Positions 28,082 to 36,257 of a stretch of DNA of 64,000 nt are shown here, piece after piece. This stretch comes from Candidatus Krumholzibacteriia bacterium. GTDB taxonomy: Bacteria; Krumholzibacteriota; Krumholzibacteriia; LZORAL124-64-63. Every line of letters begins with the position of its first letter. The stretch's first letter is position 1. Made by a program: the position numbers and the translations under genes. The stretch lies in NCBI GenBank assembly GCA_024763215.1, contig JANTFX010000004.1:8961-72960 (forward strand), in the 5' to 3' direction. The notes under the pieces were generated by a model. It searched no databases and was not told the origin of the DNA. It was given only the letters and a program-made list of their open reading frames with translations.

Positions 28082-29331
28082 ACAACGAGACCGGATTCGC
28101 ATCGTTCCTGGACGAGATGAAGTGGCGCGGCTTCTTCGAGCAGTGCACCGACGAGAAGGCTCTGGCCGAGCTGCTGACCGCCGAGACCGTGACTGCGTAC
28201 ATCGGCTTCGACCCCACCGCCGACAGCCTGCACATCGGCAGCCTGCTGCCCATCATGGGGCTGGTGCACCTGCAGCGTCATGGGCACCGGCCGATTGCCA
28301 TCGTGGGCGGGGCGACCGCCATGGTGGGCGACCCCAGCGGCCGCACCGAGCTGCGCAGCATGCTCACCCTCGAGCAGATCGAGCGGAACCTGCAAGGCAT
28401 CAAGGAGCAGCTGTCCCACTACATCCGCTTCGGCGATGGGCCGCAGGACGGCCTCATGCTCAACAACGCCGACTGGCTCAAGGATTTCGGCTACCTGGAG
28501 TTCCTGCGCGAGTACGGCCAGTTCTTCAGCGTCAACCAGATGCTGACCCGCGATTCGGTCAAGACCCGCATGGAGCACGGCCTGTCCTTCATCGAGTTCA
28601 ACTACATGATCCTGCAGGCTTTCGATTTCATGGTGCTCAACCGCGACCACGGTTGCCGGCTGCAGATGGGCGGCAGCGACCAGTGGGGCAACATCTGCTC
28701 GGGCATCGACCTGACCCGCCGCGTGAACCGGCAGGAGGTGTACGGCCTGACGTTCCCGCTGATGATGACCGCCGCGGGCACCAAGATGGGCAAGACCGCT
28801 TCGGGCGCGGTGTGGCTGGCGGCCGCGCGCACCAGCGTGCACGATTTCTACCAGTTCTGGATCAACGTGGACGACCGGGATGTGGCGCGTTTCCTGCGGC
28901 TGTACACCCTGCTGCCGCGCGAGCGCATCGAGGAGCTGGAAAAGCTCCAGGGCGCCGACATCCGTGAGGCCAAGCGCGTGCTGGCCGGCGAGGTGACGGC
29001 CCTGTTGCACGGCCGTGACGCCGCGGACAAGGCCGCCGAGGCGGCCAGGGCTCTTTTCGGGGGCGGGGGTGACGCCGAGAGCATCCCCAGCAGCGAGCGT
29101 CCCGAGGGCGACTTCGCCGGGGACGGCCTGCTGCTGCTGGAGGCTCTGGTGGAATCGGGGTTGCTCAAGAGCAAGGGCGAGGCCCGGCGCATGATCCGGC
29201 AACAGGCGGTGCGCGTCAACGGCGAGGTGATCTCCGACGAGATGCGGGCGCTTTCGGCCGCCGACATCCGTGACGGGCGCATCGCCCTGCAGGTGGGCAA
29301 GAAACGGCACCATCACATCCTGGTGGGGTAA
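28078..29331 (+). CDS. tyrS: Tyrosine--tRNA ligase
   Basis: YIGFDPTADSLHIGS, QMGGSDQWGN, KMGKT, C-terminal S4 domain. ATGA overlap with aroC. Confidence 0.97.
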   Translation: MNNETGFASFLDEMKWRGFFEQCTDEKALAELLTAETVTAYIGFDPTADSLHIGSLLPIMGLVHLQRHGHRPIAIVGGATAMVGDPSGRTELRSMLTLEQIERNLQGIKEQLSHYIRFGDGPQDGLMLNNADWLKDFGYLEFLREYGQFFSVNQMLTRDSVKTRMEHGLSFIEFNYMILQAFDFMVLNRDHGCRLQMGGSDQWGNICSGIDLTRRVNRQEVYGLTFPLMMTAAGTKMGKTASGAVWLAAARTSVHDFYQFWINVDDRDVARFLRLYTLLPRERIEELEKLQGADIREAKRVLAGEVTALLHGRDAADKAAEAARALFGGGGDAESIPSSERPEGDFAGDGLLLLEALVESGLLKSKGEARRMIRQQAVRVNGEVISDEMRALSAADIRDGRIALQVGKKRHHHILVG

Positions 29332-29447
29332 CTCCAGGGATGCACCCTGGATATTTCATACCGGTATCATCTTGCTTTGATGGTATAACTGTATTTGTTT
29401 CTTTTGCTTACGAGAACTCTTTATGAAAAATTACAGTTTTCTCCATA

Positions 29448-29474
29448 TCAACATCCGCCTCCCCTGGCCGATCA
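29448..29474 (+). promoter_or_regulatory. Putative sigma-28 (FliA)-type promoter
   Basis: TCAACATC-N11-GCCGATCA versus consensus TAAAGTTT-N11-GCCGATAA; strong -10 match and exact spacing. Confidence 0.45.
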
Positions 29475-29540
29475 TGGCAGGTCGGTAACCCAACTTCCCG
29501 ACCATGACCGGGACCCGAACCAGGCGAGGAACTTCACACC

Positions 29541-30392
29541 ATGACTTCACTACAGGAACTGGTTGCGGCGGCCGGAGGGCCCACCGCGCGCCCCGACTCC
29601 ATCGTCAGCCTCATGGAGATCATCGAGGATCCCCTGGTCGACGCCCACACCCTTTTGCCGGTGGTCAAGCAGGATCCCGGGCTGACGGCGGGCCTGCTGA
29701 AGCTGTGCAACTCGCCCCTGTACGGATTCAAGCGCCGGATCGGCAGCGCCGAGGAGGCCCTGGTGCTGGTGGGCAACCTGACCTTTGCGCGGCTGTGCTT
29801 CACCCTCAGCCTCGAGCCTGTTCTGCACCGCGATCTGCCGGGATACGCCCTCGACCTGGACACCCTGTGGCGCCACAGTCTGGCCACCGCCTACGGCGCG
29901 GCGTTCCTGATGAAGGCCTCGGGTGCTGCGAACCAGCGGGACCGCGCCTTCACCGTGGGTCTGCTGCACGATATCGGCAAGCTCGCCCTGGATGGCGCCC
30001 TGACCGGGTCGGCGGCGGACCCGGACTCCGCCGAGGCGGCCCTGGTGAGCAGGGAGCAGGAAATCGCCCTGACAGGCCACGACCATGCCGAGGTCGGCGC
30101 CGCCCTGCTGGACAGCTGGGATCTGCCGGACGAGATCGTGGCGGCGGTCCGATGGCACCATGAACCCCGCCGGCAGGAGGCGGGGGCGAAGCTGGCGGCA
30201 GCGGTCCACGTCGCGGATAAGGTGGTGCATATCGCCACCTGCCTGCGGTCGGGATCCCAGGCCGTGGCGGGGTGGGTGGAAGAGGCCTGCGGCGAGGATA
30301 ATTTTCCCACCTCCGCCATGGAGGACCTGGCCGGAGCCATCTCCTCGGCCCAGCAGAACATCCTTTCCCTGGCGGCAGGCCCTCGGCTTTAA
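29541..30392 (+). CDS. HDOD-domain protein
   Basis: QDPGLTAGLLKLCNSPLYG, LWRHSLATA, GLLHDIGKL, HAEVGA.LL..W.LP.EI..AV.WHH. Confidence 0.92.
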   Translation: MTSLQELVAAAGGPTARPDSIVSLMEIIEDPLVDAHTLLPVVKQDPGLTAGLLKLCNSPLYGFKRRIGSAEEALVLVGNLTFARLCFTLSLEPVLHRDLPGYALDLDTLWRHSLATAYGAAFLMKASGAANQRDRAFTVGLLHDIGKLALDGALTGSAADPDSAEAALVSREQEIALTGHDHAEVGAALLDSWDLPDEIVAAVRWHHEPRRQEAGAKLAAAVHVADKVVHIATCLRSGSQAVAGWVEEACGEDNFPTSAMEDLAGAISSAQQNILSLAAGPRL

Positions 30393-30500
30393 CCCGGGCC
30401 TTCCGAATCCGGAGCCGGAGTTACCGCCCCTCGCCTGGCCCGAAATAATTTGCTATTCTCACCACCATTTGGGCTATAGAATCGAGCCAGGAGGGTCCTG

Positions 30501-33389
30501 GTGATCGGGAAAACCGTATCCCACTACCGGATTATCGACCGCCTGGGCAGCGGCGGCATGGGTATAGTCTACCTCGCCCTGGATGTTGATCTCGATCGAA
30601 ATGTTGTCCTGAAATTTCTTCAACCCTGGTTGGCCGGAAATGATGAGGCGCGCAACCGACTGGTCCGCGAAGCCCAATCCGTGGCCGCCCTTGATCACCC
30701 GAATATCTGCACGATCCACGAGATCGGAGTCACCGAAGAAGGGCAAGTATACCTTGTTATGGCCTATTATTATGGGCAAACCCTGGCAGAGGCCTGCCAA
30801 CCCTCCGGTTTACCAACCGACAGGGTCCTGGCCTATGTGTCCCAGGTGAGCTCCGGCCTCGAGTATGCTCATAGCAAGGGGGTCATCCATAGGGACATCA
30901 AGCCCGGCAATCTTTTGCTCACCAGGGACGATCAGGTCAAGATACTGGACTTCGGTCTGGCCAAGCTGGTCCTTGAATCTCAAGCAACTATGCCCGGTAC
31001 GCTTATGGGCACCCCGGCCTACATGGCTCCTGAACAGATCAACGGCTTGGCCACCGATGGTCGGACAGACATCTGGGCTCTCGGGGTCAGCGTGCACGAA
31101 CTTCTTACTGGGTCGGCTCCCTTCGGGAAGGCTCCGCCCCAGTCGGTCTTCAATGCCATCCTCAACACTGAATATGCATCATCCCCTCCTTCCACCCAGC
31201 TCGTTACGGGCTGGCAGGGTGCTGTGACAGGTTGTTTGCAAAGAAACCCGGACCAGCGCTTTCAAACCATATCAGAGTTCCGGGATGCGCTTCCCGAAAT
31301 GGCCAAAACCTCACTCCAACCTTCTATCAGCCAATTTGGCCCCCGCCTGAGCGCGAAATCTACAGGTCTGAAGAACCGGATCAACATCCTGCTGGTGATG
31401 GTAGTCCTCCTTGTCCTAGGCATGGCCGGCTGGAAGATAATCCCTCGAACGAGGCCTGCGGATGGCCTTCCTGCCATATCCGTAACCGGCTTCACGACGC
31501 CGGCGGCCGGACCCGATGAGGATGAAATCCATTTGATGGACCTAATCCTCATCGGATTGGTCCAGCAATCTCCGGTACGGGTCATCAGTTCTGATCTCTT
31601 CGAATCCCATCTTAGGAAGGCAACAGATACCGCTGAACAGAAGCCAGATCCAGGGTTGGCCCTGGCCACGGCCCGGAGCATTGGTGCCACACTCATGCTC
31701 TCTGGCCAGCCTCGTCAGGACCACGATGGTTTCTATTCGACATGGAAACTCCTTGAGACCGATGGTGGTTCAGTCCTTAACGCGGGCATGGTCCGAGCCC
31801 CCACCGAGTTCTCACTGGCCGACAGCATCGTGAACAATGTGTTACCCTTCCTGGCATCCATCGCTCACACCGGACCCACCCCAGCATCACCATCGGTCTC
31901 GGCCTTTTCCACGACTTCACCCGAAGCCTTTGAATTGCTGACCTTGTCCCGACAGATCAAGAAAAACGAGGATTATCCCGCCGCCGTAAAAAAATTACAG
32001 GCTGCGGTCGCCCTTGATCCCCATTTCGCCCTGGCCTACCTGGAATTGGCGGATGCCTTCTGGGTGCAAAACCAATGGGCCCGGGCCGAGGATGCACTTA
32101 ATAAGGCGGAGGCCAACCGGGACCGCCTGGATGGCAAGTCCCTGGCTTTATTGGGCATCATGCGCAAGCAACTGGAGTGGCGGGTACCGGAGGCCCTTGA
32201 GGACTACCGGGCGCTGCTACGGAAATGGCCGGATGATCTGTTCCTGTTGCGCCGGTACACCTTGACCCTGTGGTGGTGGTGGTATTTCGAAGATGCCGTG
32301 ACCGCAGCTGACGAAGCCCTCCTCCAGTATCCTGATGATCTGGATTTTCACCTAACCCGGCTCCGGGGCCTCCTGAATTCCGGTCGTGTCACCGAATCCC
32401 TCACCCAGACCCGGTCGATGGTTGCGCTGTATCCCTATTCACTGCCCTTGAAATCCCATCTGGCCCAATGTTATCTGGCCATTGGGGAGCCGGACAGTGC
32501 CGAGATGCTTATCCGTTCCATCCATGCCTCAGACCCCGAATCAGACCTTTTGACCTATTCCCGGGACCTGGCAGAATGTGCATGGAGGCGAGGGGATACA
32601 ACCGAGGCCCTGGCAATCCTGGACAATGCCAAACGGGAACTTCCACCTGACCATACCGCCCGCCATGAACTCGACTTCGGATACGGGTTAAACAAGGCGG
32701 ATATCCTGGCCGAATCCGGGCGGATTTCCGAGGCCCAGGCCCTCATAAAGGGGGTGGAAAAAACCATGATGAAAGAAAGCGATCCGGGAAGCACCGTTTT
32801 ATTCTTAATGATAAGGGCATATTTCAGTTTCCGGTGGGGCGATGACCGAACGATTCTGGAATGCTCTGACGCTATCGCCGATTTGAAGCATTATTCACGC
32901 GCAACAATTTTTGCCAAATGGCTGCGGGCCGAGGCCATGGTCGGCCTTCGGGATATTCAGGAGGCCAGAAGACTATTGCGGGAATTGAGGGGTTACCCCC
33001 GGAAATTCGGAGTTTTTGTCGGATACGCACAGGAGCATCTGGCCCTGAGGATCGCCCTGGCCGAGGGTGACGGCAAGGCTGCCGCCAGGGCAGCCGACCG
33101 CTTGCCCCGTTTTGCCCCTCTCAGCATCCAGGATCAGGAACTCCGCGCCGCCGCCTATGACGCCAATGGGGATCTGCAGCAGGCCATTGCCACTCTCGAG
33201 GACCTTCTGCACATATTTCCCGGAGCCGTTCGGGATCATTTGGAACTGGGAAAGCTACTGGAAAAGTCCGGCCGACACCAGGCGGCTCGCCGAGAGTACA
33301 AAGCCTTCCTGCAGGCCTGGACCGATGCACCGCCCAACGACCCTCGGGTATCGGAAGCAAAGGAGTTATATGGGCTCCTCAGCCCATAG
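30501..33389 (+). CDS. Hanks-type Ser/Thr protein kinase with TM segment and TPR-rich C-terminus
   Basis: LGSGGMGIVY, HRDIKPGN, DFG, GTPAYMAPE, DIWALG; one TM; TPR-like repeats; AT-richer codon usage than flanks. Confidence 0.92.
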   Translation: MIGKTVSHYRIIDRLGSGGMGIVYLALDVDLDRNVVLKFLQPWLAGNDEARNRLVREAQSVAALDHPNICTIHEIGVTEEGQVYLVMAYYYGQTLAEACQPSGLPTDRVLAYVSQVSSGLEYAHSKGVIHRDIKPGNLLLTRDDQVKILDFGLAKLVLESQATMPGTLMGTPAYMAPEQINGLATDGRTDIWALGVSVHELLTGSAPFGKAPPQSVFNAILNTEYASSPPSTQLVTGWQGAVTGCLQRNPDQRFQTISEFRDALPEMAKTSLQPSISQFGPRLSAKSTGLKNRINILLVMVVLLVLGMAGWKIIPRTRPADGLPAISVTGFTTPAAGPDEDEIHLMDLILIGLVQQSPVRVISSDLFESHLRKATDTAEQKPDPGLALATARSIGATLMLSGQPRQDHDGFYSTWKLLETDGGSVLNAGMVRAPTEFSLADSIVNNVLPFLASIAHTGPTPASPSVSAFSTTSPEAFELLTLSRQIKKNEDYPAAVKKLQAAVALDPHFALAYLELADAFWVQNQWARAEDALNKAEANRDRLDGKSLALLGIMRKQLEWRVPEALEDYRALLRKWPDDLFLLRRYTLTLWWWWYFEDAVTAADEALLQYPDDLDFHLTRLRGLLNSGRVTESLTQTRSMVALYPYSLPLKSHLAQCYLAIGEPDSAEMLIRSIHASDPESDLLTYSRDLAECAWRRGDTTEALAILDNAKRELPPDHTARHELDFGYGLNKADILAESGRISEAQALIKGVEKTMMKESDPGSTVLFLMIRAYFSFRWGDDRTILECSDAIADLKHYSRATIFAKWLRAEAMVGLRDIQEARRLLRELRGYPRKFGVFVGYAQEHLALRIALAEGDGKAAARAADRLPRFAPLSIQDQELRAAAYDANGDLQQAIATLEDLLHIFPGAVRDHLELGKLLEKSGRHQAARREYKAFLQAWTDAPPNDPRVSEAKELYGLLSP

Positions 33390-33484
33390 TTGGAATCTCG
33401 TTCCCCAATTGGAAAAATTGCCAGTGCTCACGGCTGACGGTTACGATCGCATGGTTCTGGTTGTAAGCAATGCCGAAATATCCC

Positions 33485-33615
33485 CTCACGAGGCCGGTGC
33501 CGTTCGGCGGCTTGGACGCTGAAGCGAGCGTTGTTGCGGGGCAGGTATTGCTCTCCAGCCAGGGGTTGGCCTGCTCGATGGTCTTGATGCCAAGGGATGC
33601 CGGGCTTGGCATTTC
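33485..33615 (-). pseudogene. Frameshifted fragment of an ISNCY/IS481-like transposase
   Basis: Joining two minus-strand frames gives LGIKTIEQANPWLE-x-QYLPRNNARFSVQAAE, resembling the recalled LxGIxTIEEANxFLxxxYLPxHNxRFxV segment of ISNCY transposases. Confidence 0.65.
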
Positions 33616-33724
33616 CGGCGGCCATGGGTTACCATGAACCGGTTGCCCGGGGAACCGAATCTCCGCCGGACGGTATGACCCCGGGTCCGCCGCCGCCATG
33701 TCTTCGTCGCAAGGATTTCCCATC

Positions 33725-34924
33725 ATGACCACACTGCCTCGCCGTGCCGCAGCCCTGTCCGTCTGCCTGTTCCTGCTGGTGGCCGGGATGGCCGGGGCCA
33801 ACCCCGACTACGACGCCGCCCTCGCCCGCACCCGTACCCTGACCGACAACCTGCAATCCTACGAACTGCAGGGGACCATGCACATGGCGACCAACGTCAA
33901 GGGCCAGACCGGCGGCATGGAGATGGAGGCGGATATCTTCGCCGCGGCCCGATATCCCGACCGCCTGGTCAGCCGCCAGGACGGCAGTTTCTTCAAGCTG
34001 GACCTGGGGGTGGGCCCGGAACATTCCTGGTTCTACCTGGGCCAGAAAAACGTCTGTTTCCTCTCCGGGCCCGTCATGCTCAGCCGGGAACTGACGGCCG
34101 ACCAGAACATGGAGCTGGTGCCCGAGCAGGTGTTCAACTTCTTCTCGGGCCTGGGCCAGACCCTGTTGCCTGCGGGCCTCGAGGTGGCCGAGATCACCGG
34201 CCACGAGGTCTACCACATGGGCGGAAAGGATATCCCCTGCCAGGTGTTCACCAGCCCGGCCGTACCGGAAGCGGGCAAGGGGCCGCGGGAGTACTGGTAT
34301 GACCCGCAGTCCGGCCTGGTGCTCAAGGCCGTCATGTCGGTGACCGGGGTGCGCAACGGCATGCAGATGGAACAGACCCTGGACTACGAGACGTCCAGGT
34401 TCACCCTCAACGAACCGGTCCAGGAGGATCTCTTCACCTTCGCGGTCCCCGCGGGGGCCAAGGTGGTGGACCAGCTGGAGAAGGTGGTCAACCCCGATTC
34501 GATGACCGGCGAGGCCGCCCCCGAAATCTCCTTCACCGACCTTGACGGCAACACCCTCAAGCTTTCCGATTTCCGGGGCCGGGTCGTGTTCCTGGATTTC
34601 TGGGCCACCTGGTGCGGCCCCTGCAAGATGGAGATGCCCCACCTGGAAACCCTGCACCAGGAGCTGGGCGGGAAGGACGGCGTCGTGTTCCTGGCCGCCA
34701 GCAGCGAGGATCCGGCGACCATCAAGGCCTTCCTCAAGAAGTACGGCTACACATTCAAGGTGGTGCAGGTTTCCGCCGAGGACGCCGCGGGCAAGTTCAA
34801 GGCGACCAGCATTCCCTCCGGTTTCGTCATCGATCAGGACGGCGTGATCCGGGCCCACCTGGTGGGCGCCCAGTCGGAAAAGCAGCTGCGGGCCGCCCTG
34901 GGCAGGGCTGGTATCGGCGGGTAA
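33725..34924 (+). CDS. Periplasmic protein: LolA/DUF2092-like N-terminal domain plus TlpA-type redoxin
   Basis: Signal peptide ending AGA; YWYDPQSGLVLK and LFTFAVPAGAKVV (LolA-like ending); APEISFTDLDG..FLDFWATWCGPC..IPSGFVIDQDG. Start 33698 or 33725. Confidence 0.85.
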   Translation: MTTLPRRAAALSVCLFLLVAGMAGANPDYDAALARTRTLTDNLQSYELQGTMHMATNVKGQTGGMEMEADIFAAARYPDRLVSRQDGSFFKLDLGVGPEHSWFYLGQKNVCFLSGPVMLSRELTADQNMELVPEQVFNFFSGLGQTLLPAGLEVAEITGHEVYHMGGKDIPCQVFTSPAVPEAGKGPREYWYDPQSGLVLKAVMSVTGVRNGMQMEQTLDYETSRFTLNEPVQEDLFTFAVPAGAKVVDQLEKVVNPDSMTGEAAPEISFTDLDGNTLKLSDFRGRVVFLDFWATWCGPCKMEMPHLETLHQELGGKDGVVFLAASSEDPATIKAFLKKYGYTFKVVQVSAEDAAGKFKATSIPSGFVIDQDGVIRAHLVGAQSEKQLRAALGRAGIGG

Positions 34925-34947
34925 TCCGGGTCAAGAGCGAGGTCGGT

Positions 34948-35979
34948 TCAGCGCCCCGCTTCCAGCGGGCAGCCGTGGTCATCGACGGGGGTGCCGGCCG
35001 GGGTGTCGGGGCAAAGGTCGCGGCCGTCCCTGACGCCGTCGCCGTCGTTATCCAGATCAGGGCAGCCGTCCTCGTCCTCGAATCCGTCCCTGTCCTCGGG
35101 CAGGTTGGGGCAGAGGTCCTGGTCGTCGGGGATCCCGTCGTGGTCGTTGTCCAGGTCAGGGCAGCCGTCCAGGTCGTTCCAGCCGTCCAGGTCCTCGCGG
35201 GCATCCGGGCACAGATCCCGGTCGTCGGGCACGCCGTCCCCGTCGCCGTCCCGGTCGCCCAGCCACCACGTGATCCCGATCATGGCCACCGATGCGGAGC
35301 GGTTCGCGTCCACATGGTCCGGTCCCCAGATGCTGCTCAGCCCGATGTCGTCCCGATCGTTGCCCTGCCTGACCTGGTAGGCGGCGCGGGCGTTCAGTTC
35401 CAGGCGCGAGGTCAGGCGCCACGCCGTTCCCAGCCTCACCTCCAGGGTCAGGTCGGTGCCTTCGAGGGCGTGGCCGTTCCCGTCGATGTCGTAGCCTGAC
35501 ACCGCCTCGCCGGTGGCGAACCAGCCGGGTTCATCGTCCCGGGAGACCACCTTCCACGAGGTCAGGCCCAGGCCCGCACCGATGAACGGGGAGAGGGCCG
35601 CCGCGGGGGAGAACAGGAAGTCCACCCCGGCCATGGGCTGGGTGACGAGGGTGTAGAAGGGCTGCTTGACGTCGCTGGTCCAGCCGGCGTCCAGGCCCGG
35701 CAGGGCGACCCCCGCGCCGACGAACCCGTTGCGCAGGGCGAGCTGCAACCTCCAGCTCGGAGCCAGCTCGCGGACCAGGGACAGGCCCGCCAGGCGGTCG
35801 ACGGTGCTGTAATCCCAGCTGCCCTCCTGCAGCTTGATCATGCCGCCGGTCAGTTCCAGGCCGGTGCGGCCGCCCGGCAGCAACGCCGCCGATGAGGTTC
35901 CGGCGGACAGCAACAGAGGGATTGCTATCAGGGCGGCAAGCATGAGTCTGCGTACGATGCGGGCAACGGGGTCTGGCAT
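34948..35979 (-). CDS. Outer-membrane beta-barrel protein with thrombospondin type-3 Ca-binding repeats
   Basis: Signal peptide, SPFIGAGLG barrel strand, then repeated DxDxDGVPDxxDLCP / DGCPD units ending VDDHGCP. Confidence 0.85.
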   Translation of the reverse strand: MPDPVARIVRRLMLAALIAIPLLLSAGTSSAALLPGGRTGLELTGGMIKLQEGSWDYSTVDRLAGLSLVRELAPSWRLQLALRNGFVGAGVALPGLDAGWTSDVKQPFYTLVTQPMAGVDFLFSPAAALSPFIGAGLGLTSWKVVSRDDEPGWFATGEAVSGYDIDGNGHALEGTDLTLEVRLGTAWRLTSRLELNARAAYQVRQGNDRDDIGLSSIWGPDHVDANRSASVAMIGITWWLGDRDGDGDGVPDDRDLCPDAREDLDGWNDLDGCPDLDNDHDGIPDDQDLCPNLPEDRDGFEDEDGCPDLDNDGDGVRDGRDLCPDTPAGTPVDDHGCPLEAGR

Positions 35980-36108
35980 GGGCTATCTCCGCCGGGTGGG
36001 GCGACCGGGAAAAGGAATCAGGGTTTTGAAGGGGTGATTCTAGGCGGTCGGGGCGGATTTGGCAATCCCCCTCCGCCGGGTCGGTTCGCCCGGCGATCCA
36101 ATATTGCG

Positions 36109-36136
36109 TTGCAAAACAGACTAATGTTGCTACTAT
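36109..36136 (+). promoter_or_regulatory. Putative sigma-70 promoter for the wzc-like/PKS operon
   Basis: TTGCAA-N16-TACTAT with TG at the extended -10 position. Confidence 0.5.
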
Positions 36137-36257
36137 TTCAGTCGATGTGGATTGTCCAGGGCCACATTCCCGCCTAATAGACGTGAAATAACGCATTTAT
36201 GCAGGAAACGGGAAACCCTGGGTGGGGAGCCGCAACCACCAACAAAAGAGAATCACC

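Noticed and set aside
25493-29331. Apparent long N-terminal extensions or fusions of AroC (862 aa) and TyrS (680 aa); also the 880-aa SpoIIE ORF from 16303
   Set aside because: The extensions are low-complexity off-frame readings of the upstream gene; RBS and stop/start overlaps support starts at 26948, 28078 and 16603.
34970-35260. Repetitive DNA that might be a CRISPR array
   Set aside because: Degenerate coding TSP3 repeats with no constant repeat/spacer structure; no cas genes in the window.
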